Both the position numbers and the translations under genes were made by a program. A model generated the notes under the pieces. The model was not told where the DNA came from. It did no database searches and saw only the letters and a program-made list of their open reading frames with translations. Source: Malacoraja senta (lineage: Eukaryota). From it: a stretch of 64,000 nucleotides of DNA. Position 1 is the first letter of the stretch. Every line of letters begins with the position of its first letter. Shown here in pieces: positions 50,500 to 63,636 of this stretch. The stretch lies in NCBI GenBank assembly GCA_038087875.1, contig CM075991.1:9922001-9986000 (forward strand), given 5' to 3'.

Positions 50500-50975
50500 C
50501 CGAGGGCCTTTTAAACTCACGCGGGGCCCAGTTCCTGTGCCCCCTTTAAGTTTACTGGGGCCCCCAATCCCCACACTCCCTTTAAACTCACTGGGACCCT
50601 GTTTCTCACATTATATTCACCAGGACCCCACTTTCCCGCATTTCCTTTTAATTCCCTGCGATCACTTCTCCTGCTCTTCCTTCAAACTCACCAGGACCCC
50701 ATTTCCCACACGCCCTGTAAACTCACTGGGGTCCTGTCTCCCACGCCCCCCTTTAAATTCACCAAGACCCCGTCTCCCACCCTTTAAACCCACCAGGGCC
50801 CTGTATCTCACCAGGACACCCATCTTCCCACACTCACTTTAAACTCACCAAGGCCCTGTTTCCGGCACTCCCTCTAAACACGCTGGATTTCACTTGCTGC
50901 ACCCCATTTAAATTTGCTGGCCCCAGTCTCCCCCATCCCCTTTAAACTCACCTTCTCATGATCCCTTTAAACTCA
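50500..50975. repeat. Degenerate minisatellite, ~30-35 bp unit
   Basis: Recurrent ctttaaactcac(c/t)gg(g)accc motif, more than ten times. Confidence 0.8.
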
Positions 50976-51193
50976 CTTCGTTCACGAAAAATATTTTTTG
51001 TGCCGCTGTGTAAAACAATAACCAAAGTTCGCTACATCTGCATCGGGGTATTGTTAATAGTAATACCTGACAATCAGCTAAATCATTCAGTCTGGCATCA
51101 TCGACAGCCCGAGGATGCCAGATTATTGGAGTTTTACTATCATCGCTAGTAGTTTCATCAATCAGTCCCAACACATGTGTTGGACGGAATATC

Positions 51194-51948
51194 AGATACA
51201 TAGATACATAGAAAATAGGTGCAGGAGTAGGCCATTTGGCCCTTCGAGCCTGCACCGCCATTCAATATGATCATGGCTGATCATCCAACTCAGTATCCCG
51301 TACCTGCCTTCTCTCCATACCCCCTGATCCCTTTAGCCACAAGGGCCACATCTAACTCCCTCTTAAATATAGCCAATGAACTGGCCTCAACTACCCTCTG
51401 GCAGAGAGTTCCAGAGATTCACCACTCTCTGTGTGAAAAAGTTTTTTCTCATCTCGGTCTTAAAGGATTTCCCCCGTATCCTTAAGCTGTGGCCCCTTGT
51501 CCTGGACTTCCCCAACATCGGGAACAATCTTCCTGCATCTAGCCTGTCCAACCCCATAAGAATTTTGTACGTTTCTATAAGATCCCCTCTCAATCTCCTA
51601 AATTCTAGCGAGTATAAGCCAAGTCTATCCAGTCTTTCTTCATATGAAAGTCCTGACATCCCAGGAATCAGTCTGGTGAACCTTCTCTGCACTCCCTCTA
51701 TGGCTATAATGTCCTTCCTCAGATTTGGAGACCAAAACTGTACGCAATACTCCAGGTTTGGTCTCACCAAGACCCTGTACAACTGCAGTAGAACCTCCCT
51801 GTTCCTATACTCAAATCCTTTTGCTATGAAAGCTAACATACCATTCGCTTTCTTCACTGCCTGCTGCACCTGCATGCCTACTTTCAATGACTGGTGTACC
51901 ATGACACCCAGGTCTCGCTGCATCTCCCCTTTTCCTAATCGGCCACCA
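51194..51948 (-). mobile_element. Young CR1
   Basis: QRDLGVMVHQSLKVGMQVQQAVKKANGMLAFI... ORF2. Confidence 0.93.
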
Positions 51949-53114
51949 TGCTGGTTTATAACGAAGATAGACACAAAATGCAGGAGTAACTCAGCAGGGC
52001 AGGCAGCATCTCTGGAGAAAACGAATAGGCGACGTTTCAGGTCAAAGGACAAAGGACATTTATTGTCACAAACACCAACCGGTGTAGTGGAATTTGAGTC
52101 GAGACCTTTCTTCAGACTGATAGTGAAGGTGGAAGTGGATTCGTAGTTTTTACTCTGGCGCCAGGGGTTATGGGGATTAGGCAGGAAAATGGGATTAGGA
52201 GGCAGAGATCAGCCATAATTGAATGGGGGAGTGGTTTAGATGGGCCGAATGGCCTAATTCTACTCCTATAACTTGTGAACTCGTGTGTCCACTCAAGATA
52301 CAGCACACTTTTGCTTCAGAAGCAGTTATCCCTCTATTCCTGGTCTACCTTCATTCCATTAGAGAGACGCAGAAGGAGGAGAGGATATAATGTCTTATTT
52401 CCGGAGGGTTGCGAATCTACCCCATTTAACTGGAGAGTTGGAGTCGTTAAACGGATTCGAGGTACTTGGATGTGTTTGAACTACAATGAAGTCAAAGATG
52501 ATGGGGAACGGGTGGGAAAATGGAGCTGAGGGCAAGATCTAATTGAATGGTGAAGCAGGTGTGGGAATCTCATGGTCTACTCCTTCTCCCGCTTTGTATG
52601 ATCTTAGCCAATGTTCCTTTTGGCTGTGGTAGCATTTCATTCCGACCTCTAATTTCAGGTAGTCCTTGCTTTCTCCTCCCCTTCTCAGCCCACTGGCTCC
52701 ACCTCTTCCTTTCTTCTTCCCCCCCCACCCCCCCTGTCTATTATCTCATCCGAAGCTTCATGGAAAGATGTGGCTATTTGACTGAGGTGCTGATGATAAG
52801 GTAACACAGATGGAATTGAACAATGATATTAAAGGGAAAAGAGGGGAGTAAAAGAAATCCGTCTGATGGGAAATTGTCTGGAGATTAATGATCAGTCAAA
52901 TCAAATCCATTTGATTACATTGTCAATGTTCAGTTTTGTCCGACAACCTTCAGCATTTATTACCAGACAGATTAAAAGACACTTGAACAGATGCAATACA
53001 CAGATATGAAAGGTTTAGAGGAATCGGGGCCAAACCGCGGGCAGGTGGGACTAGTGTAGATGGAGCATCTTGGTCAGCATGGGCTAGTTGGGCCGAAGGG
53101 CCTGTTTTCATGCT

Positions 53115-53790
53115 TTTAGTTTTATTTACTTTTTTGGAGATACAACAAGGAAACAGGCCCTTCGGCCCTCCTCGTCTGCACTGGTCCAGCGACCAGCCTG
53201 CACACAATAGACAATAGACAATAGGTGCAGGAGTAGGCTATTCGCCCCTTCGAGACAGCACCGCCATTCACTGTGATCATGGCTGATCATCCCCAATCAG
53301 TACCCCATTCCTGTCTTCTCCCCATATCCCTCGACTCCGCTATCTTGAAGAGCTCTATCTAACTCGTTCTTGAAAACATCCAGAGAATTGGCCTCAACTG
53401 CCTTCTGAGGCAGAGAATTCCACAGACTCACAAGTCTCTGGGTGAAAAAGTTATTCCTCATCTCCGTTCTAAATGGCTTACCCCATATTCGTAAACTGTG
53501 GCCCCTGGTTCTGGACTCCCCCAATATTGGGAACATATTTCCTGCCTCTAGCATGTCCAATCCCTTAATAATCACACTAGCACTAGTTTACGGTAGTAGA
53601 CCCACTAAGGACAATTTACCATTTTTACCGGAGCCAATTGACCTACAAACATGTACTTGTCAGAGGAAACCGGAGCACCTGGAGAAAACCCACGTGGTCA
53701 CAAACTCTGTACAGACAGCACCAGTGGTCAGGATGGAACCTGGGTCTCTGGTGCTGTAAGGCAGCAATTCTACCGCTGCGCCACCCTGCC
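53115..53790 (-). mobile_element. V-SINE with a CR1 inserted (53205-53572)
   Basis: SINE halves flank the CR1 ORF2 end. Confidence 0.82.
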
Positions 53791-54619
53791 ACCCGCTACT
53801 TGTCAATGTCTGTCACACTTATAAGCCACTCTTGCGCAGAATTATTTAGATTTATGGGCATTAGGCTGGTCTGGACCAAAGATACTAGAGCAAGATCTTT
53901 GGTCTGGCCAGGGTTGCCTTTCACACAAGCCCAGCAAAACTCTCCCGAGTCATCATCACACACTCTTGCTCTCACTCCATCGAGGCAGGAGGTCGGAAGC
54001 TTGCGAGAAAGGCAGGCTTGATCAGATGGGTCAAATGACCCCATACTTCTGAATAATTCTGCACAGTAGTGCCCAAAATAAATGAGGCTCCTGCGAAGAC
54101 TTTACAAAATGTATCTGCTTGTGCTTCAGAAATCTGATACCTGGAAGTGTTTAGCTGGGGCTTTGTTGCTTCAAACATTGATCAATATGTTTCCCCTTTG
54201 CTCTACCTGTTGCACTTGAGTTGACGTGGTTGTATTTATGTGTACTATTACCTGATCTCATTGAATAGCATACAATGCAACGTTTTTCATTGTACTTTGG
54301 TACATGGGAACAAAGGCCCGGCGGCCGACGAGAAGAAGAACGTGACCAGATGGCCACTGAGACGGAAGACCCAGTGGGTTGCCCCAGGCCTGGTTCGCCG
54401 CTGCCTACAGGGGGAGGCTCGGAAGCCCCGAAGTCAGGAGAGTGGAGGAGGAGGGAGACACTGGCGACGACGGATGCGAGGGGTGGGCCGGTAGGTGAGG
54501 GGCCGAGGTATTACCTCCAGCGCCTTCAAGGTCTCGGCTGCAGGAGGCGCCCCTCTCTCCCGGGACACCGAGGAGATCGACCGGGTCACGGGCCTGCAGC
54601 AGCCTGGGGTCACCTGGGG

Positions 54620-54992
54620 TCATAGAAACATAGAAACATAGAAAATAGGTGCAGGAGTAGGCCATTCGGCCCTTTGAGCCTGCACCGCCATTCAATATGA
54701 TCATGGCTGATCAACCAACTCAGTATCCTGTACCTGCCTTCTCTCCATACCCCCTGATCCCTTTAGCCACAAGGGCCACATCTAACTCCCTCTTAAATAT
54801 AGCCAATGAACTGACCTCAACTACATTCTGTGGCAGAGAATTCCACAGATTCACCACTCTCTGTGTGAAAAAAATAATTCTCATCTCGGTCCTAAAAGAC
54901 TTCCCCCTTATCCTTAAACTGTGACCCCTTGTTCTGGACCTCCCCAACATCGGGAACAATCTTCTTGCATCTAGCCTGTCCAACCCCTTAAG
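54620..54992 (-). mobile_element. Young CR1 3' end
   Basis: ORF 54720-54998. Confidence 0.9.
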
Positions 54993-56904
54993 GCTCACCT
55001 GTGCTTACCTGGGCTTGGCTTACCAGGGTTTACCAGGGTTTACCTAGGGTCACCTGGGGCACTCCAGCACGCCCAGCAGGTGGACCAGACCTTGGATTTT
55101 GGACTTTGGACTTTGGACATTTTCAGTGCAAACGGCGCCTAAATATGGCGACTGTGCATTTGTGGGTTGCACAGTGCAACAGATTTTCGCTGCCCTGTGC
55201 GTACGTGACAATAAAGAACCATTGAACGTGACAATAACAAACTTTAAACCTAAAAGTGCATGGGGTTTGAAGCAGGTTATGGAGATGGGACGGGAGTTCC
55301 ACAACTGGTCACCTCACTATTTCTCACTGCTCCCATCCCCGGACTTGGAACCCGTGAATCGTTCCGCATCTTCCCCGGGCTCCTCCTGCAGTGGGAAAGG
55401 CTTTAAAAATCAAACTGCAGCTTGAATCGTTACTTTTTTTTCCCCCATCTCGATTTATTATTTCACCCAACCCCTTCCACTTTGGCCGTGGCCTTTAACG
55501 TGTGTCTGCCCCCCCCCTTTCGCCGCGAACGCTTGATGAAAGAGGAGCTAATGCCGAGAAGCATCCCCAAGGTTAAACAGAGTAAACAGAAATGAGTAAA
55601 TTAAGAAGAAGTAATTTGTCGGCACCGGGCTTGGATTTCTCTGGAGAAATAAAGGGTTTCGAGTTGCTGGAGGCGGGGAAAAATTGAGATTTCTACCTCA
55701 ACTTAGATGTCGCGATCTCTTTTTGTTTTGTAACGATTGTCCTGGTTTCATATGCTACCAAGTCTAGATCTAAAGCCTACAGCCATCTCCTTCACAAAGC
55801 ACTGAAGGAGTTAATGCAACGCTGTATGTATGGGCTCTGTTCTTGGAGGCTCTGTTCTATAGAAGAAGATAATTAGTGTCTAGCTCTATCTGCCATAGAG
55901 TGGGGCCAGCACTTACACAGCCAAGAAGAAACCCTTGGAGACCATGAGATTGGTTGGAACTGGCCCAGTAAATCTCTTCTGAGTCATCATTACTAGCTGT
56001 GCACTCTCCAGGGGGTGTGCTGAAGTAACAGAGATGAAATGTTAGGCTCCAAATATGAGCACACAAAAGGCAACAGTATTGTCAAGCAGGCATCATAGGA
56101 TTAAGGGGAATGTTAGTTCACTCTCATCTGCACTAAATTCACTCACAAGGTAAAGCAATTCTCCACCAAAAGCAAACATGTTCGATGTAACCTTTTTTCC
56201 CCCAAAGTCCGGGTCGATAGTCTATGTTTCTTGGAATTCATTAATGTTGGATCTGGCAAAGCATTCAGTATTTTGGGGAAAGAGAGCGGGTGCCCGCAAG
56301 TCAAGGGGATCAAGAAGGATAAGGATATTTGTGAAAGGAATCATCCGGATTTTTTTTTTATTCCACCTCAATAATGCCGCTATTTTCACTGTGCCACCAC
56401 CTCCTGGATTAACTGACACAAGCAAACTATGAGCAAAAAAAAAACTAGATTCATGTTATAAATTATTCAGATTACACCCTTCAATATTGATCCACGCAGA
56501 ATGTTATTTTCACTTCGGCACTTCTTTCGCTGCTGCCTTCTTCGAGTCTCCCGTGCGTGTACCACTCTAGACACAGACTGAGGACATCACGCATAAACCT
56601 CACTCAGTACTCCGACTAGACGCTGCATGGTGACAGGTGGCCAACTTTCCACCTTACGAGCTGTCCCTACCTGATGCCTGGCCTTGTTGGTGAAGGCTGG
56701 GCCCACCTCACAGAATGGGTGGCTTGGCTTAAGCTGAGCTGATGTGCTCTATCAGCACTGAGTCTACTATAGACAATAGACAATAGACAATAGGTGCAGG
56801 AGTGGGCAAGATACACCTGCTCCTCTAAAGCCAGGCTACCCATCTCACCCAGACGCTCAGCATCAGAGCTGCAGTCCTTGCTCGTGTCATCGATAATGTC
56901 TGCT

Positions 56905-57303
56905 TTAGAAACAGAAAAAATAGGTGCAGGAGTAGGCCATTCGGCCCTTCGAGCCAGCACCGCCATTCAATATGATCATGGCTGATCATCCAAAATCAGT
57001 ACCCCATTCCTCTTTTTTCCCCATATTCCTTTGATTCCTTTATCCCAAGAGCTAAATCTAACTCTCTCTTGAAAACATCCAGCAAATTGGCCTCCACTGC
57101 CATCTGTGGCAGAGAATACCACAAATTCACAACTCTCTGGGTTAGAAAAAAATCTACTCATCTCAGTCCTAAATGGCCTACCCCTTAATTCTTAAACCGT
57201 GACCCCTGGTTCTGGACTCCCCCAACATGGGGAACATTTTTCCTGCACCTAGCCTCTCCAGTCCCTTAAGAATTTTATATGTTTCTATAAGATCCCCTCT
57301 CAT
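56905..57303 (-). mobile_element. CR1 3' end
   Basis: Tail and ORF2-end similarity. Confidence 0.85.
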
Positions 57304-57449
57304 CAGATCTCATCTCTCATCCCTTACTCAGCAGATATTGAAGATCTCACACGATTAGTCAAAGGGATGTGGATTTATTATTGGTATTTGTATATTATGG
57401 TCATGCATACCAAGGCACAGTGGAATCTGAAGTTCCTGGAAATGTGAGC

Positions 57450-58740
57450 TTAGTTTAATTTAGTTTAGTTTATTGTCATGTGTACTGAGGTACAGTGAAA
57501 AGCTTTTGTTGCGTGCTAACCAGTCAGCGGAAAGACAATACATGATTACACTCAAGCCGGCCACAGTGTGCAGATACATGGTAATAACGTTTAGTGCAAG
57601 ATAAAGTCCAGTAAAGTTTGATTAAAGATAGTCCGAGGGTCTCCAATGAGGGAGATGTTAGGTCAGCACTGCTCTCTAGCCATTGATAGGATGCTTCAGT
57701 TGCCCGATAACAGCTGGGAAGAAACTGTCCCTGAATTTGGAGGTGTGCGTTTTCACACTTCTGGACTTCTTGCCTGATAGATACATAGATACATAGAAAA
57801 TAGGTGCAGGAGTAGGCCATTCGGCCCTTTGAGCCTGCACCGCCATTCAATATGATCATGGCTGATCATCCAACAGTATCCCGTACCTGCCTTCTCTCCA
57901 TACCCCCTGATCCCCTTTAGCCACAAGGGCCACATCTAACTCCCTCTTAAATATAGCCAATGAACTGGCCTCAACTACCCTCTGTGGCAGAGAGTTCCAG
58001 AGATTCACCACTCTCTGTGTGAAAAAGTTTTTCCTCATCTCGGTCTTAAAGGATTTCCCCCTTATCCTTAAGCTGTGACCCCTTGTCCTGGACTTCCCCA
58101 ACATTGGGAACAATCTTTCTGCATCTAGCCTGTCCAACCCCATAAGAATTTTGTACGTTTCTATAAGGTCCCCTCTCAATCTCCTAAATTCTAGCGAGTA
58201 TAAGCCAAGTCTATCCAGTCTTTCTTCATATGAAAGTCCTGACATCCCAGGAATCAGTCTGGTGAACCTTCTCTGCACTCCCTCTATGGCTATAATGTCC
58301 TTCCTCAGATTTGGAGACCAAAACTGTACGCAATACTCCAGGTGTGGTCTCACCAAGACCCTGTACAACTGCAGTAGAACCTTCCTGCTCCTATACTCAA
58401 ATCCTTTTGCTATGAAAGCTAACATACCATTCGCTTTCTTCACTGCCTGCTGCACCTGCATGCCTACTTTCAATGACTGGTGTACCATGACACCCAGGTC
58501 TCGCTGCATCTCCCCATTTCCTAATCGGCCACCATTTAGATAATAGGAGTGGGGAGAAGAGGGAGTGACCGGGGTGAGACTGGTCCTTGATTATGCTGGT
58601 GGCCTTGCCGAGGCAGCGTGAAATTGAGTCAATGGAAGGGAGGTTGGTTTGTGTGATGGTCTGGGTTACCTCCATAATTCTCTGCAATATTTCACGATCT
58701 TGGATGGAGCAATTCCCAAACCATGATGTGATGCAACCCA
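57450..58740 (-). mobile_element. Rex1-like fragment interrupted by a young CR1 (57778-58550)
   Basis: Rex1 CITSWFGNC...RCLGKATSIIKDQSHPGHSLFSPL continues beyond the CR1 (ORF 57856-58509). Confidence 0.88.
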
Positions 58741-58807
58741 AAGAGAATAAAATGGGATTAGCGTAGGATTTGCATAAAGGATACTTAATGGTTGGGATAG
58801 ACATGTT

Positions 58808-59372
58808 AGACAATAGACAATAGACAATAGGTGCAGGAGTAGGCCATTCGGCCCTTCGAGCCAGCACCGCCATTCAATGTGATCATGGCTGATCATCCAC
58901 AATCAGTATCCCGTTCCTGCCTTCTCCCCATATCCCCTGACTCTGCTATTTGTAAGAGCCCCATCTAGCTCTCTCTTGAAAGCATCCAGAGAACCTGCCT
59001 CCACCGCCCTCTGAGGCAGAGAAATCCACAGACTCACAACTCTCTGTGAGAAAAAGTGTTTCTTCGTCTCCGTTCTAAATGGCTTATTCCTTATTCTTAA
59101 ACTGTGGCCCCTGGTTCTGGACTCCCCCAACATCGGGAACATGGTTCCTGCCTCTAGCGTGTCCAAACCCTTAACAATCTTATATGTTTCAATGAGATCC
59201 CCACTCATCCTTCTAAACTCCAGAGTGTACAAGCCCAGCTGCTCCATTCCCCCAGCATATGACAGTCCCGCCTTCCCGGGAATTAACCTTGCAAACCTAC
59301 GCTGCACTCCCTCAATAGCAAGAATGTCCTTCCTCAAATTAGGGGACCAAAACTGCGCACAGTACTCCAGGT
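58808..59372 (-). mobile_element. CR1, (CTATTGT)n tail subfamily
   Basis: LEYCAQFWSPNLRKDILAIEGVQRRF... Confidence 0.92.
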
Positions 59373-60317
59373 TGTTTGACAAGTTAAGAGTCAAGAGTTC
59401 TTGAATGTCATACAGCATGTACCATCAATGGAGCGATGAAATCCTTACTTGCTACAGCTTAACACGCCTGTAAATCCAATCATACTCACACTATATAATA
59501 ATAAAAGATACAATAAATTAATAACCATAATAATACAAAAAAAATATCCATAGTCCACTCAAAAGCACAGTCCAAAGAACATCATTAGTGCTGAGGTTAA
59601 CTTTGTGTGGTGTTCAAGAGCCTGATAGTTGCTGGGAAGAAGCTGGCCTTGAACCTGGTGGTCACAGTTTCCTGATGGTCTTAGCATATAGGGAGCATGG
59701 CCAGGATGATAAGGGCCTTTGATGAGGGGAAGGTGCCCAGTCTCACCAATAAGGCGAAGGCATCAGATCGGGACAGATCCTATGTATTCGGCACCATGTA
59801 TTTTTATCTACAGTGTATATGTGGCCATCAGCGTATATATCTCGGACTGATTTTATTCGGATTGTTTAGAACTCGGGGAGAAAAGTGCTGAGATAGCAGT
59901 GGGAATTCTGAGCGCGGTTAGCTACCGGGGCACAAGGGGCCCTTGGGTGCTTCCAGTTTCGAGTATAACACCGCAGGCACCTGTGAAAGATGAGCGGCAC
60001 ACACGTTTGTTGGTGTTTATCATCAATATCTCTCTGCGGCTGTAAACATCAGTGCATTCATCATCCTGCGTTCCCGGCACTAATGTCCCGTTAAATTGAT
60101 GGGGAAAAGGGGACGAAGCGAAGGAACAGGTATGAACATACAAATTCTCTCACTGCCATTTTTTACCAGCGAGCAGGAATCTGCTGCCCTGCGCATTTCT
60201 TCCCCAGCTCCCCGGCCTGACTCGACTGTGCGTCCCGATGGCCACTGACACGTGAGGCCGGTCAGTGTGCAGGCACCCAAACCCATTCTGCCCACACCCG
60301 TAGCCCGATCAACATTA

Positions 60318-60410
60318 CTGAAGAAGGGTTTCGGCCCGAAACGTTGCCTATTTCCTTCGCTCCATAGATGCTGCTGCACCCGCTGAGTTTCTCCAGCATT
60401 TTTGTGTACC
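60318..60410 (+). mobile_element. Solo young pLTR starting at the hammerhead core
   Basis: Flanked by ttactgaa (60315-60322, 60411-60418). Confidence 0.85.
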
Positions 60411-60894
60411 TTACTGAACAAGGAGTTCCAGCACTGCTTAGTTTTATTATCCAAGAGTCTGCAAATAAGTGATATACAGAAGGTACACTAGGTGTCCATC
60501 TGCATAGAGCATAAAATGGTAGCAGGCAGGATGGCAATAAGAGGGCAAATTCATGAGTGATAGGAGCAGAATTAGGCCATTCGGCCCATCAAGCCTACAC
60601 TACCATTCAATCATGGCTGATCGATCTCTCCCTCCTAACCCCATTCTCCTGCCTTCTCCCCATAACCCCTGACACCGGTACTAATCAAGAATCTATCAAT
60701 CTATCTCTGCCTTAAAAATATCCATTGACTTGGCCTCCACAGTCTATCGATTAGTACGACATATGACATATTGACCTTTATTGCAAAGGGTTTGGAGTTT
60801 AGATACAGGCAAATTGTGTTCCATTTGTGCGGGATGTTAGTGAGGCCTTACTTGGAGTACCGTTTAGGTCATCTCACCTAACAAAGGATATGGT

Positions 60895-61095
60895 AGATAG
60901 GCACAAAATGCCGGAGTAACTCAACGGGTCAAGCAGCATCTCTGGAGAAAAGGAATAGGTGATGTTTCGGGTTGGAACCCTTCTTCAGACAAACCTTCGT
61001 TCTTAAAACCCTCGTTCCGACCTGAAACATCACCTATTTCTTTTCTCCATTTGTGTACATCTTTGGTATAAACCAGCATCTGCAGTTCCTTCGTA
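60895..61095. mobile_element. Inverted pLTR pair
   Basis: -/+ arrangement. Confidence 0.75.
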
Positions 61096-61574
61096 CACAA
61101 AGGACACTGTATGTTCTCCTGGTGACCCTGTAACACCACCTGGGTGCCCTGCTTTCCTCCCTATCTCCCCGTTTCCAATACGAGCTGGTGAGTTAATCAG
61201 TTGCTATAAAGTCATAAGGACTTGGAGTAGAATTAGGCCATTCGGCCCATCAAGTCTACTCCGCCATTCAATGATGGCTGATCTTTCAGTGTAGGATCTC
61301 AGGAATCAAAGGGAGGTAGATGGGCATCTATGAGGGAGAATGGTTCAGCATTTTATGCATCATCTGACCGGTGGTGTAGCTGAATAAGATTGCCAATTAC
61401 CCATGCATGGGGTAGTTAGGATTTCCAGGCCCAAGGCCATGTCTAACTGGATTAAGGCCACCCAAACTATTCCCATGTACAATCATTGCACTGATCAGCA
61501 TTAATTCACCGGCACCTCTTTGAGATAGGGATGCAGGGCACCCAGGTAACACACGGAAAGGACGTAGCCAGGAC

Positions 61575-62960
61575 TCGAGGGTCTGACTATAGAGAGAGGT
61601 TGAGCAGGCTAAGTTTCTGTCCCATGGAGCGCAGGAGGATGAGGGGTGATCTTACAGAGGTGTACAAAATCACGAGAGGAATAGATCGGGTAAACGCACA
61701 GAGTCTCTTGCTCAGAGTAGGGGAATCAAGAACCAGAGGGCATAGGTTTAAGGTGAGGGGAGGGGGAGAAAAGATTTAATAGGAACCTGAGATCATAAGA
61801 TCAGAAGTGATAGGAGTAGAATTTGGCCATTTGGCACCAAGTCTACTCCGCCATTCAATCATGGCTGATCTATCTCTCCCTCCTAACCCCATTCACCTGC
61901 CTTCACCCCATAACCTCTGACACCCGGTAACTTTATTTACACAAAGGGTGGTGGGTGTATGGAACGAGCTGCCAGAGGAGGTAGTTGAGGTAGGTGCTAT
62001 CGCAATCTTCGAGAAACATTTAGACAGGTACACGGATAGGACAGGTTTAGAGGGATTATGGGCCAAACGCAGGCAGATGGGACTAGTGTAGATGCGACAT
62101 GTTGGCCGGTGTGGGCAAGTTGTGCCAAAGGCCCTGTTTCCATGCAGTAAGACTCTATAACTCTGACGGGGAGAATGAGCAGCACAATGGCACAGCTGGT
62201 AAAGCCACTGCCTCACAGCACCAGAGACACAGGTTCGATCCTGACCACAGGTGCCGTATGTGTGGAGTTTGCACGTTCTCTTGGTGACTGCATGGATTTC
62301 CTCCGCATGCTCTAATTTCCTCCTGCGTCCCAAAGACTTGTAGGTTTTTAGGTTAATTGGTCTCTGTACAATCTTTACACCCTATACATAAAGCCCTCAC
62401 CCACTGAGCTAACATGAACCCAGGCTTCAAATGAGTAAAGAGAAATGCGTGGTCCATTTCTGTCTTGTGTTAATGAAGTACAAAGTGAGGGGGGCTTTGG
62501 TGGTCCTTCTGATTGTAAAAGGAGTTACTGCGACTATATATATGCACTGTAGTCTTTTCCTCATTAATAAAGTTCAACGGGCAAAATTACACATGCTTTA
62601 TTCTGTCTCTGGAGTTCTGTTAAATGAAGTGTGACTGTCTATCAGATTGTTAAAAGGATGTACAAAATCGTGACAGGAATAGATTGGGTGAATGCAGAGT
62701 CTCTTGCCCAGTGTCGGGGAATCAAGAACCAGAGGACAAGGGTTTAAGTTGATTTAATAGAAACCTGAGGGGTGATTTTTTTTTAATACAAAGGGTGGAT
62801 CAAGACACCAAAGGAGGTAGTTGAGGCAGGTGCTATCGCCAACATTTAGACAAGGATAGTTTTTGAGGGATATGGGCCAAGCACAGGCAGGTGGGACTAT
62901 AGATGGGACATGTTGGTCGGAATGGGCAAATTGGGCCTGTTTCCATGCTGTATGACTATG
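61575..62960 (+). mobile_element. Older CR1 fragments (61575-62163, 62655-62960) and a V-SINE (62185-62370)
   Basis: YRERLSRL...ERRRMRGDLTEVYKI; SINE consensus. Confidence 0.8.
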
Positions 62961-63119
62961 GCTCGAGGACTTTAGCATATTTGACTTGTTTTCTTGGGCC
63001 ATTATTCACTTGCATACATTGGGGATGTGTTTACCAGAGATAAATATGCAGAGTTGAAAAGACCAGAGTATTTCCTTGGCAGAAGATCATTCTTGATTGA
63101 AAGGACAGCAAGGACCTCA

Positions 63120-63352
63120 TTCTACAGATGCTGCCTGTCCCGCTGAGCATTTTGTGTCCATCAATATGTAGAATGACATGGAGAAAAGGGATAGGTGATG
63201 TTTCGGGTCGAGACCCTTCTTCAGGATAGGAGACTTCTCAACCCAAAATGTCACCTATCCTTTTTCTCCAGAGATGCTGCCTGTCCCGTTGAGTTACTCC
63301 AGCATTTTCTGTCTATCTTCGGTGTAAACCAGCATCTGCAGTTCCTTCCTAT
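63120..63352. mobile_element. pLTR fragments including an inverted pair
   Basis: Consensus matches. Confidence 0.75.
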
Positions 63353-63636
63353 ACTCATTATATTGTTGTATGTGGGTGTTTCAGCGTTAGGCATGATAAT
63401 ATGAGCAAAGGAGTTGCATTCACCTGTAATTTTCACAACCCTCCAAAAGCCAATGAAAAACTTTAATCTTTGGGGTAATGGTGAGTTCTTCAAAAAATCC
63501 TTTACTGCAAATGGGCATTGGTCCAACTACATGATAAGTTGTGAAGAGAACATGAAGAGGCTACAAAGAGATATAGATAGATAGGTTAAGTGAGAGGACT
63601 GAGATCTAGCTGATAGGTGACATATAATGTACAGAA

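Noticed and set aside
50333..50842. 169-aa Pro-rich ORF
   Set aside because: Runs through a degenerate minisatellite.
51376..52146. Long antisense ORFs over CR1 copies
   Set aside because: Shadow frames of CR1 ORF2 with no independent support.
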